A stretch of 64,000 bases of DNA, taken from NCBI GenBank assembly GCA_020536535.1, contig JAHLWZ010000790.1, positions 1 to 64,000 of the forward strand. Reading direction: 5' to 3'. This DNA is from Pelomyxa schiedti (taxonomy: Eukaryota > Protista > Evosea). Below are positions 25,501-37,683 of the stretch, in pieces. The notes beneath the pieces are model-generated. The model was not told where the DNA came from. It made no database searches and worked only from the letters and a program-made list of their open reading frames with translations. Positions within the stretch are counted from its first letter, which is position 1, and every line of letters starts with the position of its first letter. Both the position numbers and the translations under genes were made by a program.

Positions 25501-28500
25501 GCTATTTTGAAACCACTGGCATGAATACGATACGAAGGAGCATAAGTGGGTAGAGTAACATGTCCAATTGGTTCGACACGGTCGACTGAAAAGGAACCCA
25601 TGGAACTACTGTCCTTGTATAGAGCTTGTTGGTAACTCCCTGCCGATAGGATTAGGAACCAAATGATGAAATAGTAGAAACCAAAGCTCCATTCTCGGAG
25701 AGTTGTTAACAGTTCTCCAATTACCTGTTACCTAGTGAGTTGCATGCCACACCAACCTGCAACGTACATCGTGGCCACCATCCCGATCAAAATCGTAAAC
25801 TTGAATTCTAAAAGGAGCATCAATATCACCAATGGCTTCCACACTCAAGTCAAATGGATTCCACTGGGGAGCTAATTTTTTGTAAACCACTTCGGATCTA
25901 AGTTCTGTGAATGAAGCAGGTTTTTTGTGAGCTCATACCTATAAAGAGTAATTTCACCACGGAATCCAGGTGGTCTAGCTTTTATGACAAAGAATGGATC
26001 AGATGAAGCCAAAGGGCCATCCATCCGAGCAAGCTTTGCTGCACTACAAAATACTCGCAGTCCCGCAGGCGTTGGAGGTACATCAAGTGGAGCAATTGCT
26101 TCAGCACTTTCAACTCCAAAGCAGCCTTGACTACTTTGGTGATTACATATAGTGTGAAAGACAGCATAACTAACTTGTTTCCATCACGCTCAAGGCCCTG
26201 TTCATACCATGACCACTGTAAATCCCGCCAAACTATATTGAGCTTTCCAATTAAGTCATGTGTCCCATCTAAATATGACTTAGTAAAAAAGATATGACGG
26301 AAAGAAAAGAAAACCTTTATCCCAATCATAGACCTATTTTTGGATAAGTAAATATAGAAGAAAATTCTGTAGTACTTACAAGTACATCAATGGTGTCATA
26401 AGGATTTTTAAGAAGGGTAAGAGGCAGATAAAAGGAGTCCCATCGCGGTTTCTGTGTTTTTCTCAATACTTCAGAGCTGAAATGTTGTTATGGTTAAGAG
26501 AGATTGGAGAATGAGTAGAACCGGTAAATTGTTATTTCTTTCCCAACAGTAGGAGAGAATTTGCGAATCACAAAGAACGGGTCACAAGACATGGTGGAAA
26601 CATCCATTATTGGCAATTTCTTAGCGTAGCAAGTCATTCTACAATTATCAGCAAGTCTTCTCCCCACAGCTACTTCTTACCGTGTAGCGGGGGGAAGCGT
26701 GTCTGAAGGAAATGTCAGATCCAGCAGAGGAACAACTTTATCAATGTTGAAGGACCCGGCACTTTCTCCACTTGGTTTGTATATCCCAGAGGAGAACCAG
26801 CTGAATGTCAAATCTCGAGCAACCATGGAGAAAGAACCTGATGATGTTTTAGGTGTTTGACAAAAGTGGGAAAAAAGTACCCATCATATCATGGCTTCCA
26901 TCTGCATCCTTTTTTTTTGTTAGTCTGAAGAAGGATCTGAGAATGTGTACCCAGTCAAAGACTCTAAAGGATGCTTTTGTATCAAGACCGTAGTCTAACC
27001 TCAAAATGAAGGGTTCAAAAACAGGAGCAAGTGATTGCATTACAATCCCCGATTTGTATATTTTTAAATCACTTTGCCTCCCATCAATATTAGCTTGTAC
27101 CCAAACTTCGAAGAAGGCATCTTGCAACTGTTAGGAGCACTTTTCCTACAAGATTGCAACCTGTTTTCAGAAGTGGATTGTCCGCACGTTCCAGCTTGGA
27201 TATGCTTGTACTCAATTGTAATCCTTTCAGCCTGACCAACGCAGGTGCTTCACATGGAACAATGTCTTTAATTCCAAACGACCCATTCCTAAAATATTGT
27301 GCACAAGAAATAAGAAACAAGTAAAGTACGTTGAAGTTCCAGCTCTGATTGCTTCTTCAAACCAGCTCCATTGCAACTCACTAAGAGACACTGAAACTAT
27401 TCCAATGGAATCGTGGGTGCCATCTTTGTCATAATCAAAAACCTCTGTTCCTTATATTGGACACATTTTAAACGGTACTGGTTGTACCAATGATAAATGT
27501 ATCTTGAGGTGCAGTAAACATATCCAGGGGAACTATGCATTCAGCCCACGATGGAGAGAAAGTCTCCAGTAACAATCAGAATTAAGAATGAAAATTGTCA
27601 AGCAAATCAACCTTTGGGTAAACCTCACTACGATATAGGGTAACATTGTTCTTTTTCATCACAAAAAAGGGGTCTATTGACATGGTGGACACATCTTTGA
27701 TAGGTAGTTTTCGCGCATAACACTTCATCCTTTGCATGTAAGTGCATTCAAAATTTGAATACAAAGTTGCAGTACTTGAGAGCAGGTGGAACAGTTAATT
27801 TCACACGGTGGAGATCATCAATAATTGTGTATCCAGAAACAATAAAGCTGCCTGATGTCCCTCCACTTTTCTTAATTGCACTTGAAAACCAACTAAATGT
27901 GAATTCCCGTGGTGTACATGTAACTTGGCCATAGTATTCGTGATCCCCTACAGGGGTCAATAGAAAGGAACTAAGGCAAGGCAGTACCGTCTTTATTGTA
28001 GTCATACACTTGAATGGCAAGTTTAGCATCGAACCCTTTATCCAGTGGTATTTGGAATGGCTTAAACTCTGAAATTAACTTGAGATCAAGGATACTAGAA
28101 GTTTTTTACTTGGGTTGAGATTGCCCATTACCACTTCTGACTTGTACACTGGAGGCCAATCAGAACAAAATGCAACATAAATTAAATACCCTTTGACAAA
28201 CCCGTTGGGGTATCAACAGCAACAGTAAAGAACGCGTCTTATGTAGAGTTAAAGTAAGTAAAGGTAGTAATGGCTTGAGTACCACACGATCCAACTAAAC
28301 CAAGGGATCTTACAAGATTTTCACATCCACAGTTTATTTCTAGTGCCGAGGCGGATGCTAAGGCAGCTCGTTCCACCCCGGGCTAACGGCCAGTTAACAG
28401 TTGAAGTAAAGGGAATCATAAGTCACCTCCACACTGGCGACATGGAAAACCCCGTTAGAATCAGGAATATTGTATTTGACTACAAGAGATCCAGATGATG

Positions 28501-31275
28501 AACATTTCCTATCCATGGTGTTAGAGTTTTCATTAATACTGTATCTACCCACGATGCTGGAAGAAGTGGGTACTGAAAAGGCCCTGCAAGAAGTTCATTC
28601 AAGGTGGTAAAATACTTTCCAATGAGTCTGTGATCACCCTTCTTCTCCCAGTCCCACACTGACTAAAAATATAATTGATACATTCTTTTTTTAGGTAGTG
28701 AATAGTACCAGCTCAAAAGGTTCGTTGATGCCACCAATTTGGGCTATGTTTATGGTAAATGAATCCCAGTTGGGGCTATTGGTATTCACTAAGTGCTCTG
28801 AGCGATACAGCAAGAGGTTATCCCGTCTTACTTCAAAAAAAGGATCAGCACGCTCCTATTCTAATTATTAAAAAGAAAAAAAAAGGAAAGTAGATATCAA
28901 ACCAGAGACCCAGGAATGGACAATTTCTTCCCGGTTGCTTTGATCTGGAAAGCCACAGTGGAAGTATTATAAGGTGGTGTATAGGTAGTTTCAGCAACTA
29001 TTGAATCACATATAAAGTTCCCAACACTAGTTAAGCTAGTTACAGTTTATTTGGCTGCTGTGGGAATTACATGTTGGACCCAGCATAAATTGGGAAATTC
29101 AAATTTGGGAAGCGGCGCAGTGTCCATGTGTCAAAGGTAGTAGTGCCTATAAGGCTATGACTTCCATCAGCATCCCAGTCATACACATCAATCTGAGTGA
29201 GTAAGGAAGAAGTTACAGTAAAGTTGAAGTAACCATTAATAGTTCCCTTGCACTGCAATCCCATAAGGAAGAAGGCAAAGAAAACTGTGGCCAATCTGGA
29301 GAAGTTGTACTTTTGCACACTGGAGAGCGATAGATGGTTGCCAGACGAGTGGAAATTACAAAGAATGGATCTAATCAATGTTACCCATGAGTCCAATGCA
29401 ACAAGAAGAAACCTGGTCTCCGAGCAATCATGTCTCTCCGAAGACCAGAAGCACGGAATTTGAGAGAAAAAGAAACTGGGTCTGCTGCAAACATATTGTC
29501 CTGTGGTATTCCCACTTGACATGAAACAACAGTAAAATAACCAGAATTATTGTAACCAACATTTTTCCTAAAAACCACTGGTGAAAAATGCAGTTGTAAC
29601 TTCCATTCATACACTTTTCTATCAAGCCGTACAGGGTAGGGAAACCCAGGGAATTTTAATAAAGACAAAGTTGTATCAAAGTGACCGATTTCTTCCCAGT
29701 CTCCATCCAGGTCAAAATCATAGACTGTTATCCTTGTAGGGCTTTCCCATCCTATTAGGAATAATTAGGTTGCGTACTCAAATGCACTAACCTGTCATTC
29801 CAGGAATTTCTCTAATGTCAAGCGTAAAATCGTGCCAAGTGCAATCAAGAGATTTGCTTACAATCTCACTTTTATAAATTGTATACCCTGCCACATTTAT
29901 TGTAAAAAATGGGTCTGACTTCCCAAGAGGTCCATCTTTTTTATCAAGATGTTTAGCTGCACACCGGAATCTTGGAAAAATTAGATATTGGTGTGTCTGT
30001 GTCATACATACATGTAAGCAAGAGGCTCAGGCGGTATTGGTGCATTTTGTTGTTGTGCACTTACCACTTTCAACGTACTGTTTTTATGTGGCAGGCTGAG
30101 GGTTTTATTTTTTTCCAGTAAACTCCTCACCTAGTAATAGTCAGTTCACAACTCTTTTTGCAATGTGGAAATACCTCAAATGAAGTAAAACCCATGTAGT
30201 CATGACCACCATCCTTGTCCCACTAAGATACGTTAGTGAAATTTTAGGGTTGAGATAGAACATACATCAAAGCAATCAATCTTTAGTGCACCACCTGGGC
30301 CCCCTGACTGGTGTAGCCAGAGGCGGAATGGAGCCCAATCTTATGGTATCAAAAGTTCAGAAAAATGTTGACTTTGAAGGTGCAAAACCTGGATCTAAAG
30401 TTTGTCTAATAACCTCTGACCTGTGAAGCACCCGACCATAATCTGTTGATAACAGAAAGAACGGATCTGCAGGAAGAGTTAATTGGCAAATGAGGACAGG
30501 AAACTTACCACTTTTCCTGAAAGGTCCCATATCCATTTTTGGTAGTTTCCGACCACTTAGTTGCAAATCAATAGCGGTGTTAGTCTCGTTTCTTTGGGAG
30601 AGGGGACCCTTTCATCCATTTTGAGCTTGTTTTTCCACAAACAAACAAAAAATACCACTGAAGGGGTAGCATCAACTCTTCTTGTGTTTCCAATAACAGA
30701 GAGCCATTTTGACTTTGGTTCCCCCTATACATTTCCATACACTTAAAAACAAAAACAAAAACAAAAACAAAAAAGGTTCATAAATGCAATGATACATTCG
30801 CAGCGGCCAGGATCCTTGACCTTCCAGATACACAAACTTCGAAAGAATCCCAACGTAATCCAGTGCCGTTCCTCGGCTCAACAACCGACGCCGCCGAAAC
30901 GTCGAAAGCGTCGAACGGCGGCCTCCCCCCAACCGCCTCTGCCGTCTGCCCGTCGAACAACAGCAGTTGCATCGGCGCCTGCTGGCTCCCAATTGTGGGA
31001 GTCGCGCCGCCGCCCCCACCACCCGCGCCGATCTGCATCACCGCGCCGTAGCATCGCTTCCACCGCCTCGGGTTGGGCTCGCGCCTCGCCGCCGACGCCG
31101 ACAACGAGGACGCGGCGCCCAGCTTGGCCGCCGCGTCCACCAGCTTGGCCGCCGTCCGCGTGGCCGCCCCCGTGCGCCTCACCAGCAACGGCCCCTGCAC
31201 CACGATCGTTGGCGCCGGGCCCCCTGAAGTGGCCGTGGGCGTGGCAACCGCTGCTGCTGTGTCTCTGGTTGCCAT
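16543..31275 (-). CDS. Giant PH + ~25x copine-type C2 tandem-repeat protein (estimated ~3,500-3,700 aa, many introns)
   Basis: N-terminal PH domain (VVQGPLLVRR, RRWKRCY, LLLF, SKWLSVI) splices in frame to repeated C2 units with (S)DPFF...YRSEV...LNP.W.PF...V(Y/W)DWD.DG.HDLIG...T.REW.FG...SSG.F.V. Frame continuity checked by eye at several junctions; no intergenic-like gap seen. Confidence 0.85.
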
Positions 31276-31444
31276 ACGACGTTTCGCCGGCTGCTTGGCG
31301 TATTATTCTTCTTTCTGTTTTTTTTGTTGTCTTCAAAAGGGATTTTAACCGTTGTCCTTCTATGAGACTTTCTCCTAACTTGCAGCGGTGGAAATGTGTG
31401 TGCCTCTGAAAATGGCTTTTTTTTTTTACGTTTAATACAAGAAA

Positions 31445-33414
31445 CTAGTACTGCTCGTCACCACTTCCGCACTCAGCGATGGCATCACTGATCAAGGAAA
31501 AAAGGGATGCTTTGGACAAGGGGGGATTTGGGGCATTTGGTGTGGAGTTGGTTGTGGAAGTTGTTGTTGTTATTGCTGTGGTTGATGTTGTTGCAAAAGC
31601 TGTTGTGTCAGTTTCTTGGTATGTTTGGTCACTAGGCTCGGCTGGTTCATTGACAAATTCATCAACTCCAAGCTCATCATCCTAGAACTGTGTTAAAGCC
31701 CAAGGAAAGAAAAGACCAAGCTTACATTTGCTGGTAGGTTCAAGTCCGTTTCCCCATTGTCCCCAGCAGATGCGGTTTCTTCGGGGATAGTGCTGAGAGT
31801 AATGTAAGTTCCAAGGCACTTCTGAGGGATAACCAACCTTTCGGAATCCAAACTAGAGTGTTTGGGAACTTCGAATTGAGTACCACCCACACTCTGATCT
31901 TCTATTTGTGCCGGTTGCTCTCTCTGGTGCTTATCAGTGCCAATTTGATCTTGAGACGGCCGCTTGGCTGGAGGAGACCGAGAATCGATGGAGTTTTGAG
32001 GAGGACGTTTGCTGGGTGTCCCGTTTTCTGCGTCTCCATTGCCTTTCAAAGCCATGATTTCCTTGAAAGAAAGAACATATCTAGTGCTATCCGATTTGGA
32101 GTCTGAAGCTGGAATATCGGTGGCAGAAACATGTCTTTCTAGAAGAGTGTTAAATAAAGAAGGAGAGAATAGGATTTACCGCTGGAAATTTCAGAGCTTG
32201 CGTTTATACTTGTAGTGTGGCTTTTCGACTGAAAGTAGTGAGTTCATTGAAAGGGACAGTAGTTCATACTTTTACAGATGCACCCGGAGCAGATGATGCC
32301 CAAGTTGCGGGTACTTTCTTCCGTAGGCCAGGTTTGTCTGCAGCCAAAGAAGGTTGTTGTTTTACTTGGCTCAAGCTGATTTTGCGCTTTAGGGGTTTCT
32401 GTTGAGCAGGAGCTTGCTGCTGTACATTCTGATCTTCAACTTGGGCCCAAGTCACGACTGCTTGGTGTTGTGCTGTAACCGGGCGAGGTACGGGCAAGTG
32501 TAATGTTTGCGATAAGGGTTTATCAGCAACGTCCTTTAATTTGGGTCTGGACACAACTGTACGCGCCGTGCGAATAGGTTTTGGTTGTGGTCGCGGATTC
32601 TCCTGGGGTGGAGGAGGAGAGGGTATTTGCTGTTGAGGTGTGAATTGTGATGCCGTATGTTGTGGAATTGGTTTAGGGGACTGTGCCTCTGCGTGTACCT
32701 CAGTCTGTGCCTCAGGCTGTTGTTGAGGCTGTGGCTGGGCTGCAGTCTGGGGAATGATTGTTTGTAGAAGCAATAGTGGATTATAATTAACAGAGGGCGA
32801 CAGGATAGAATCTGCTATGCAGCACGATGGACTGCGTGGGTGTAGAGCTGAGTGTTGTGATGTGGAAGATGCTAGTTGGTAAGTTTTTGTGTGATTTATT
32901 TTACATGTCATCAGATTTAGATTGTGTGAGAGAATAAACTGAGTGTGAGAGTACCTGGACGTTAGGGGTGGCAGCAGGCGGTGATGAATGCGAATAGGGA
33001 CAAGCACTGCCTTTATTGCAACCAATCGAAAAGTAGAAAGCGCATGGCCGAGTACTGAGAGGAGGTACTGTTGTAGTGGGTTGGTCAGCCTGCTTACGGA
33101 GGGTGAGATTGGTGGTAGAAAACAAAAAAACTAGGTACTTGAGCTTTCTGGGGATGCCGATAAGCACACGAGGGATTGGTGCAATGCCCAGATGTCCAAA
33201 ATTTGCACACAACAGGATTGGAGAAAGCTGGCATACTGTGTCGATATTGACAATAATGACCCTGCACAGCACGTCAACGCGATACGAAGGGAAAAAAAAA
33301 AAAGAAAAAGAAAAAGAAATGCAAGCAAACCCGCGAACAACCACCAGCAAAAAAGTAACGGCAGTCCGTGAGACTCTTTTCTTGGTCACTGGACGCTACG
33401 GGTGGTGTCGTCAT
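31445..33414 (-). CDS. Triple CCCH zinc-finger protein (ZC3H11-like N-terminus) with long disordered tail
   Basis: Spliced: DCRYFFAGGCSR|GHYCQYRH, VCKFWTSGHCTNPSCAYRH, PCAFYFSIGCNKGSACPYSH; then a P/Q/S/T-rich region ending ECGSGDEQY*. Confidence 0.85.
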
Positions 33415-33570
33415 TTGCGGTTTCAGATGCACGCACCAAACAAATGGTTTTTTTTTAACCTTCTGATTTTGAAAAGATCTGGATAGATCTTCGCCCAGGC
33501 TTTTGAAGGGTGCGCAGTTGCACTCTTTCTTTTAGAAAATTAGCTCTTCTGTTTAACACACGGCCGTCAA

Positions 33571-34245
33571 TCACGGGTTCTTCTGTGTTGGTGGGGCGGA
33601 GGGGGCCAGTCTGCCGGTCGTTCTCCTAACGTCGTTGTTTCCGTTGATGCCGTCATATCTTTGCAACTGCTTTTTTTTTCGCCCCTTGTGACGTGCAGCC
33701 CTGGCCTGCTGCCTGAATCTGAGCTGTTGCAGCCTGATGAGCCTACCCACTCTCTGCCCCTCGAGAAGCCGCGAGTTGGCCAGTCTGCCCTCTGGGGTGC
33801 TGTCCCTCCCGTGGGTCACGAATGACACGCCATCGCAGCACAGCGACCCTCCTAGCTTCTCCACCAACAGCTGTTTCACACACCCTCGTGGCCGACCACT
33901 ACACAAACTTCCTCTCATCGTCGCAACCAGGTAATCACCCTCCACAACCGCACTCGCAGTTCTCTCTTTTTCCTCCTGCTCCTCCTGTTTTCCCATCGTC
34001 GTCGCGGCGTCCCCGTCGATGTCGGTTGCCGTCGTGGTGGTGGCGGCGGTTGCGGCGCAACGGCCCTCTAGTCTCGCCCTCTTTGCAGCCGTTTCTTTAC
34101 ATCCAGTCCACAGTCTGTCACGTGCGGTCCTGTGCTTCGCTGCGGCGACGGCTTCAGCCGCCATCTCTCGTGGGGGCGCGGCCTTACCCACGAAATTGGC
34201 CGCTCGCAGGCGCTCCTCCGCCCCGGAACTGAACAGCGTCGCCAT
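33571..34245 (-). CDS. Hypothetical protein, 224 aa, single exon
   Basis: ATG-initiated GC-rich ORF with the poly-Thr/Ala linker typical of 5' exons in this window and a basic C-terminus; divergent from the sirtuin gene. No family recognised. Confidence 0.55.
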   Translation of the reverse strand: MATLFSSGAEERLRAANFVGKAAPPREMAAEAVAAAKHRTARDRLWTGCKETAAKRARLEGRCAATAATTTTATDIDGDAATTMGKQEEQEEKERTASAVVEGDYLVATMRGSLCSGRPRGCVKQLLVEKLGGSLCCDGVSFVTHGRDSTPEGRLANSRLLEGQRVGRLIRLQQLRFRQQARAARHKGRKKKQLQRYDGINGNNDVRRTTGRLAPSAPPTQKNP

Positions 34246-34618
34246 GACCCAGTCCTCGAAAAGTCGAGTAGAATCTTCTCCGAATTTGTTTTGTTTTCGT
34301 TGTCGTGCTGCGTACTCAATGCGTTGTGTGGAATGAGAGAAACAGTATCCAGGTTGTCGCCAACACTTTTCTCTTTCGTAAGATCAAATGGATGTGCACA
34401 TATCACTCAGCCTGGAGGCGGACACAAAAAATCTCTGAGAGTTCCATCCTGGGATCAACTCCGCCTCGTACTTAGAACTCCTCGGGACGAGAATTCAGTC
34501 TAACAAATCATACTCCACTACTAGTTCTGCAACTGCCCAGGCTTGGCCCTCGGCTCACTCTCCTAACAATAAAAAAAAGCAAAGGCCCGGAAACTCCAAT
34601 CACCATCAAACAAAAAAA

Positions 34619-37353
34619 ATGTCTAGCGAATCGCCAACCGCCACGGTAACAGCGGTGCAAGAAACACACGTAACAGAGCCGGCACCCGACAATGCCCCCC
34701 CAACAACAACTACAGAACTTGCTGTAACTTCTGTTGTTACAACTACTCCGTCGTCGGCGTCGGTTGTAACGGAATCGCCCGAGCCAAACGGCAGCCCCCT
34801 GGTGCCTTCGTCCTCGCTTGCTGCGCCGCCGCCTCCCACAATCACCACTACGCCGACCGCTACGGCCGCAACATCCACGGCGTCGAGCGTCCCATCATCG
34901 GCATCGGCAGCATCTACAAGTGCGACGACTACCACCACCACCACGACGACGAGCTCGCCCAACGCGGTGACGCCCGCTGCGGAGGTCGCAACGTCGGCGG
35001 CGGTTCCGAGAACGCCTGGGGCTTTCGCCGCGGTGCCAAAGAGAGTGACCGTTTTCGAGGAAACAGAGGGAAGTTTGGTCAGGATTGGAAGGTATTATCA
35101 TGTATCTTTATCTGTGGGACTCGCTCTATTTGCTTTAATTAATCTCGTTTGCTTTGGTAGTGGCATTTTCTCACTCGTTGGGCTTTTCCTGGGTGTTTTT
35201 AACTTGTATGTAAAGGTGTTCCTCTAATGATGTTGTTCTCATTACGAACACGGTTGGGGGCAACTTCACTATTGTGCAGAATCAGGTTTACCTGCCACTA
35301 TGTTGACCTCATCACTAAGCTATTTTTGTTCACAGAGGATGTCAATGGTGCTTTGTACGGGCCTGAGAAAATGTAAAGTAAGCATCCTGGATAGTGCAGT
35401 TGTAACATCTCGGACAATGCGAATAGTTGATTGCTCGGAGTGTGAGTTCATTGTTGAGGATGTGGATGTAAGAAAGGTTTTTCCTCTGGGTAACCACTGT
35501 TTCATAGTGAAATTGTTTCACCAGATTGAATGTTTTTTGACAACAAACTGCCGCTTTGTAATTATTGGAGACGAGGCAGTTCTAGAAAATGCCAGAATTT
35601 TGTGGAGAGAGGGATGCGCAGGCAACCAAGTCATTCGTGGTGAAATGAAAAATACGGAGATGTCTTCCTTTATAAGTGTTGGACTGCCTCCTCTCCTTCT
35701 TTTTTGAAACCACTTGCAGTACAATACCTTGGTATCACTGGAAGTTCCATTGAGCATAGCTTCCAAGCAGTATTGCACATCATTCCATCCTGTGCAATAT
35801 ATACACAACGTTGAGATAGTATCACAAAATTCTGGCAAGCACAGAGTAACTACGAATAAAATGACTGAAATTTCTGTTAGATGGCGTAGCGACTATTACT
35901 AGAGAAGGCTTGCAGATTGCAAGCGAGTTGGAACCATTCACCCTGCCTTGTCTTCCTGATGATAAGAAACTCAATGCACCCTCTGTAATTCCTTCGAGTG
36001 TGGAAATAGTGCAGGTGATAACAATAAATACTTTGTGGTGAGACTAGTTGTGGAATTAATCGCATTTGAAGAGCCTCACAGATCTCCGCGAGATACCTTT
36101 TACTCTGACTGATGATGATCTCAAAGCTGCCTACGATTTGGAGAGAGTTGAATACGAAGACCCCGAAGAAGTTCTCCTGGCTAAAGTATGGTTTTTTATG
36201 CTCTTCTTAATGCATTCATTTTTCTCATTTTTCGAAGGTGAAAGAAGTGGCTGCGGCACTGAGATCCGCCAAGCACGTTGTCCTTTATTCTGGGGCAGGA
36301 ATAAGCACTTCAGGTGGTATTCCCGATTTCCGAGGGCCCCAGGTTTTTGTTTTTGTTGTGTGAAGTTTCTTGAAGTAACTCAAAACAAAGGGTGCATGGA
36401 CAATGCGAGACAAAGGCAAGTTTGTGGTTGGAAAGGACTTAACTGGAGCTTCTCCAACCTTTGCCCACTACACTGTCACAGAACTTGTTCGGCGACATTT
36501 CGTCCATTTCGTTGTAACAACCAATATGGATGGTAACATCCCTTCCGTGGTTTTTTCTGTCACTTTTAACTCGTTGACAGGCCTCCACCTTCGAAGTGGG
36601 CTTCCTCAGCACTTGCTCGTGGAGCTGCATGGTTGCTCCTACAAAGAGTTCTGTGAAGGTTGTGAGAAGTTCTGGTTGCGAAGTTTTGATGTCTTGGATG
36701 AGTACCACGGCCGGTCACATTACACTGGTATTACTTCCTTAATTTATTATGTGCACCAAAGTGCCACAAGTTCTAATGAAGTATAGGCCGCAAGTGCAAA
36801 TGGTGTGGAGGAAAGCTTAAAGACACAATTGTGCACTTCTCGTGAGGATTTTACATTCCTTCTCTTCTAGAAACTCACCACAGTATCAGGGATACATACC
36901 GCTCGCAAATGGATCCAATAACTGCGCTTTACCACGCCCGAAAAGCAGATGTTGCCCTTGTTATGGGCACGTCTATGAATGTTCAAGGTGCGGCAAGTTA
37001 CCCCGACAAAGCGCTTCGGAATCCCAACGGGAAATTAATCATTGTCAACCTCCAGGTAACTTACACCCAGCCCTTACTTACTACATCAAGATACTAACAC
37101 CCATCTATGAATATAGTACACTCCCTATGACAGCCTCGCATCCACGAGGGTATTTGCACGGACCGATGTCTTCATGAACGCCTTGGCACAGGAACTCGGA
37201 ATTGGAGAGTTTGACAGGACCACTGACATGGTGGACACTTGGGATGATGAGGATGATGCCAATCCAGAGTTACCTGATGCACCCTCAGCAACCAATGGGA
37301 CCCCATCCTCTGTGATGGCATTCCTCAAAAGAGCAATGCCAAGTTTGTTTTAG
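34619..37353 (+). CDS. Class IV (SIRT6/7-like) sirtuin with N-terminal S/T/P-rich arm and CAP C-terminal-like beta-helix domain
   Basis: Sirtuin motifs [42 protein letters not shown]...[26 protein letters not shown]. Upstream exons (35300-35680) show repeating beta-strand/Cys pattern and can be joined in frame via ...VEIVQ|SLTDLRE. Confidence 0.85.
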
Positions 37354-37683
37354 AGGTCAATTACCACACCAAAAAAATAGAAGGAGTCCCAAGATTGCAG
37401 AACCATTTTTATATGAAAAAACGAAACGATGCATCGATGAATCGGCGGCCAAGCAATTGATGTTAATTTCTGCCTTTCTGGCTTACCCTTACCCGTCTCA
37501 CATACAATATGACAGCTTGCAAAAAAAAAGAAGTCCAATAAAAACCCTTTCCTTTGAATATTACAGCGAGTAACCAGGCATTTTTTCGTTGCTTAACTTC
37601 ATGTTTACTTTGATGGGGAGGGGATTCGGTCACGACTCTACTAAAATCACAATCAACTTCACACTTGGTGCAAGTGAGCCGTT

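Noticed and set aside
30745-30774. (AAAAAC)n tract and poly-T/poly-A runs as telomere-, CRISPR- or element-related repeats
   Set aside because: Simple microsatellites inside introns or UTRs; no spacers, terminal repeats or transposase seen.
16543-31275. Stop-codon reassignment, readthrough or pseudogenisation as the cause of fragmented ORFs
   Set aside because: Every stop or frameshift I checked falls inside a removable short intron, so the standard code suffices.
35835-35880. Further candidate GC-AG introns in the sirtuin gene and in the ZIP gene (~38420-38466)
   Set aside because: Alternative GT-AG solutions also keep the frame, so they were not counted.
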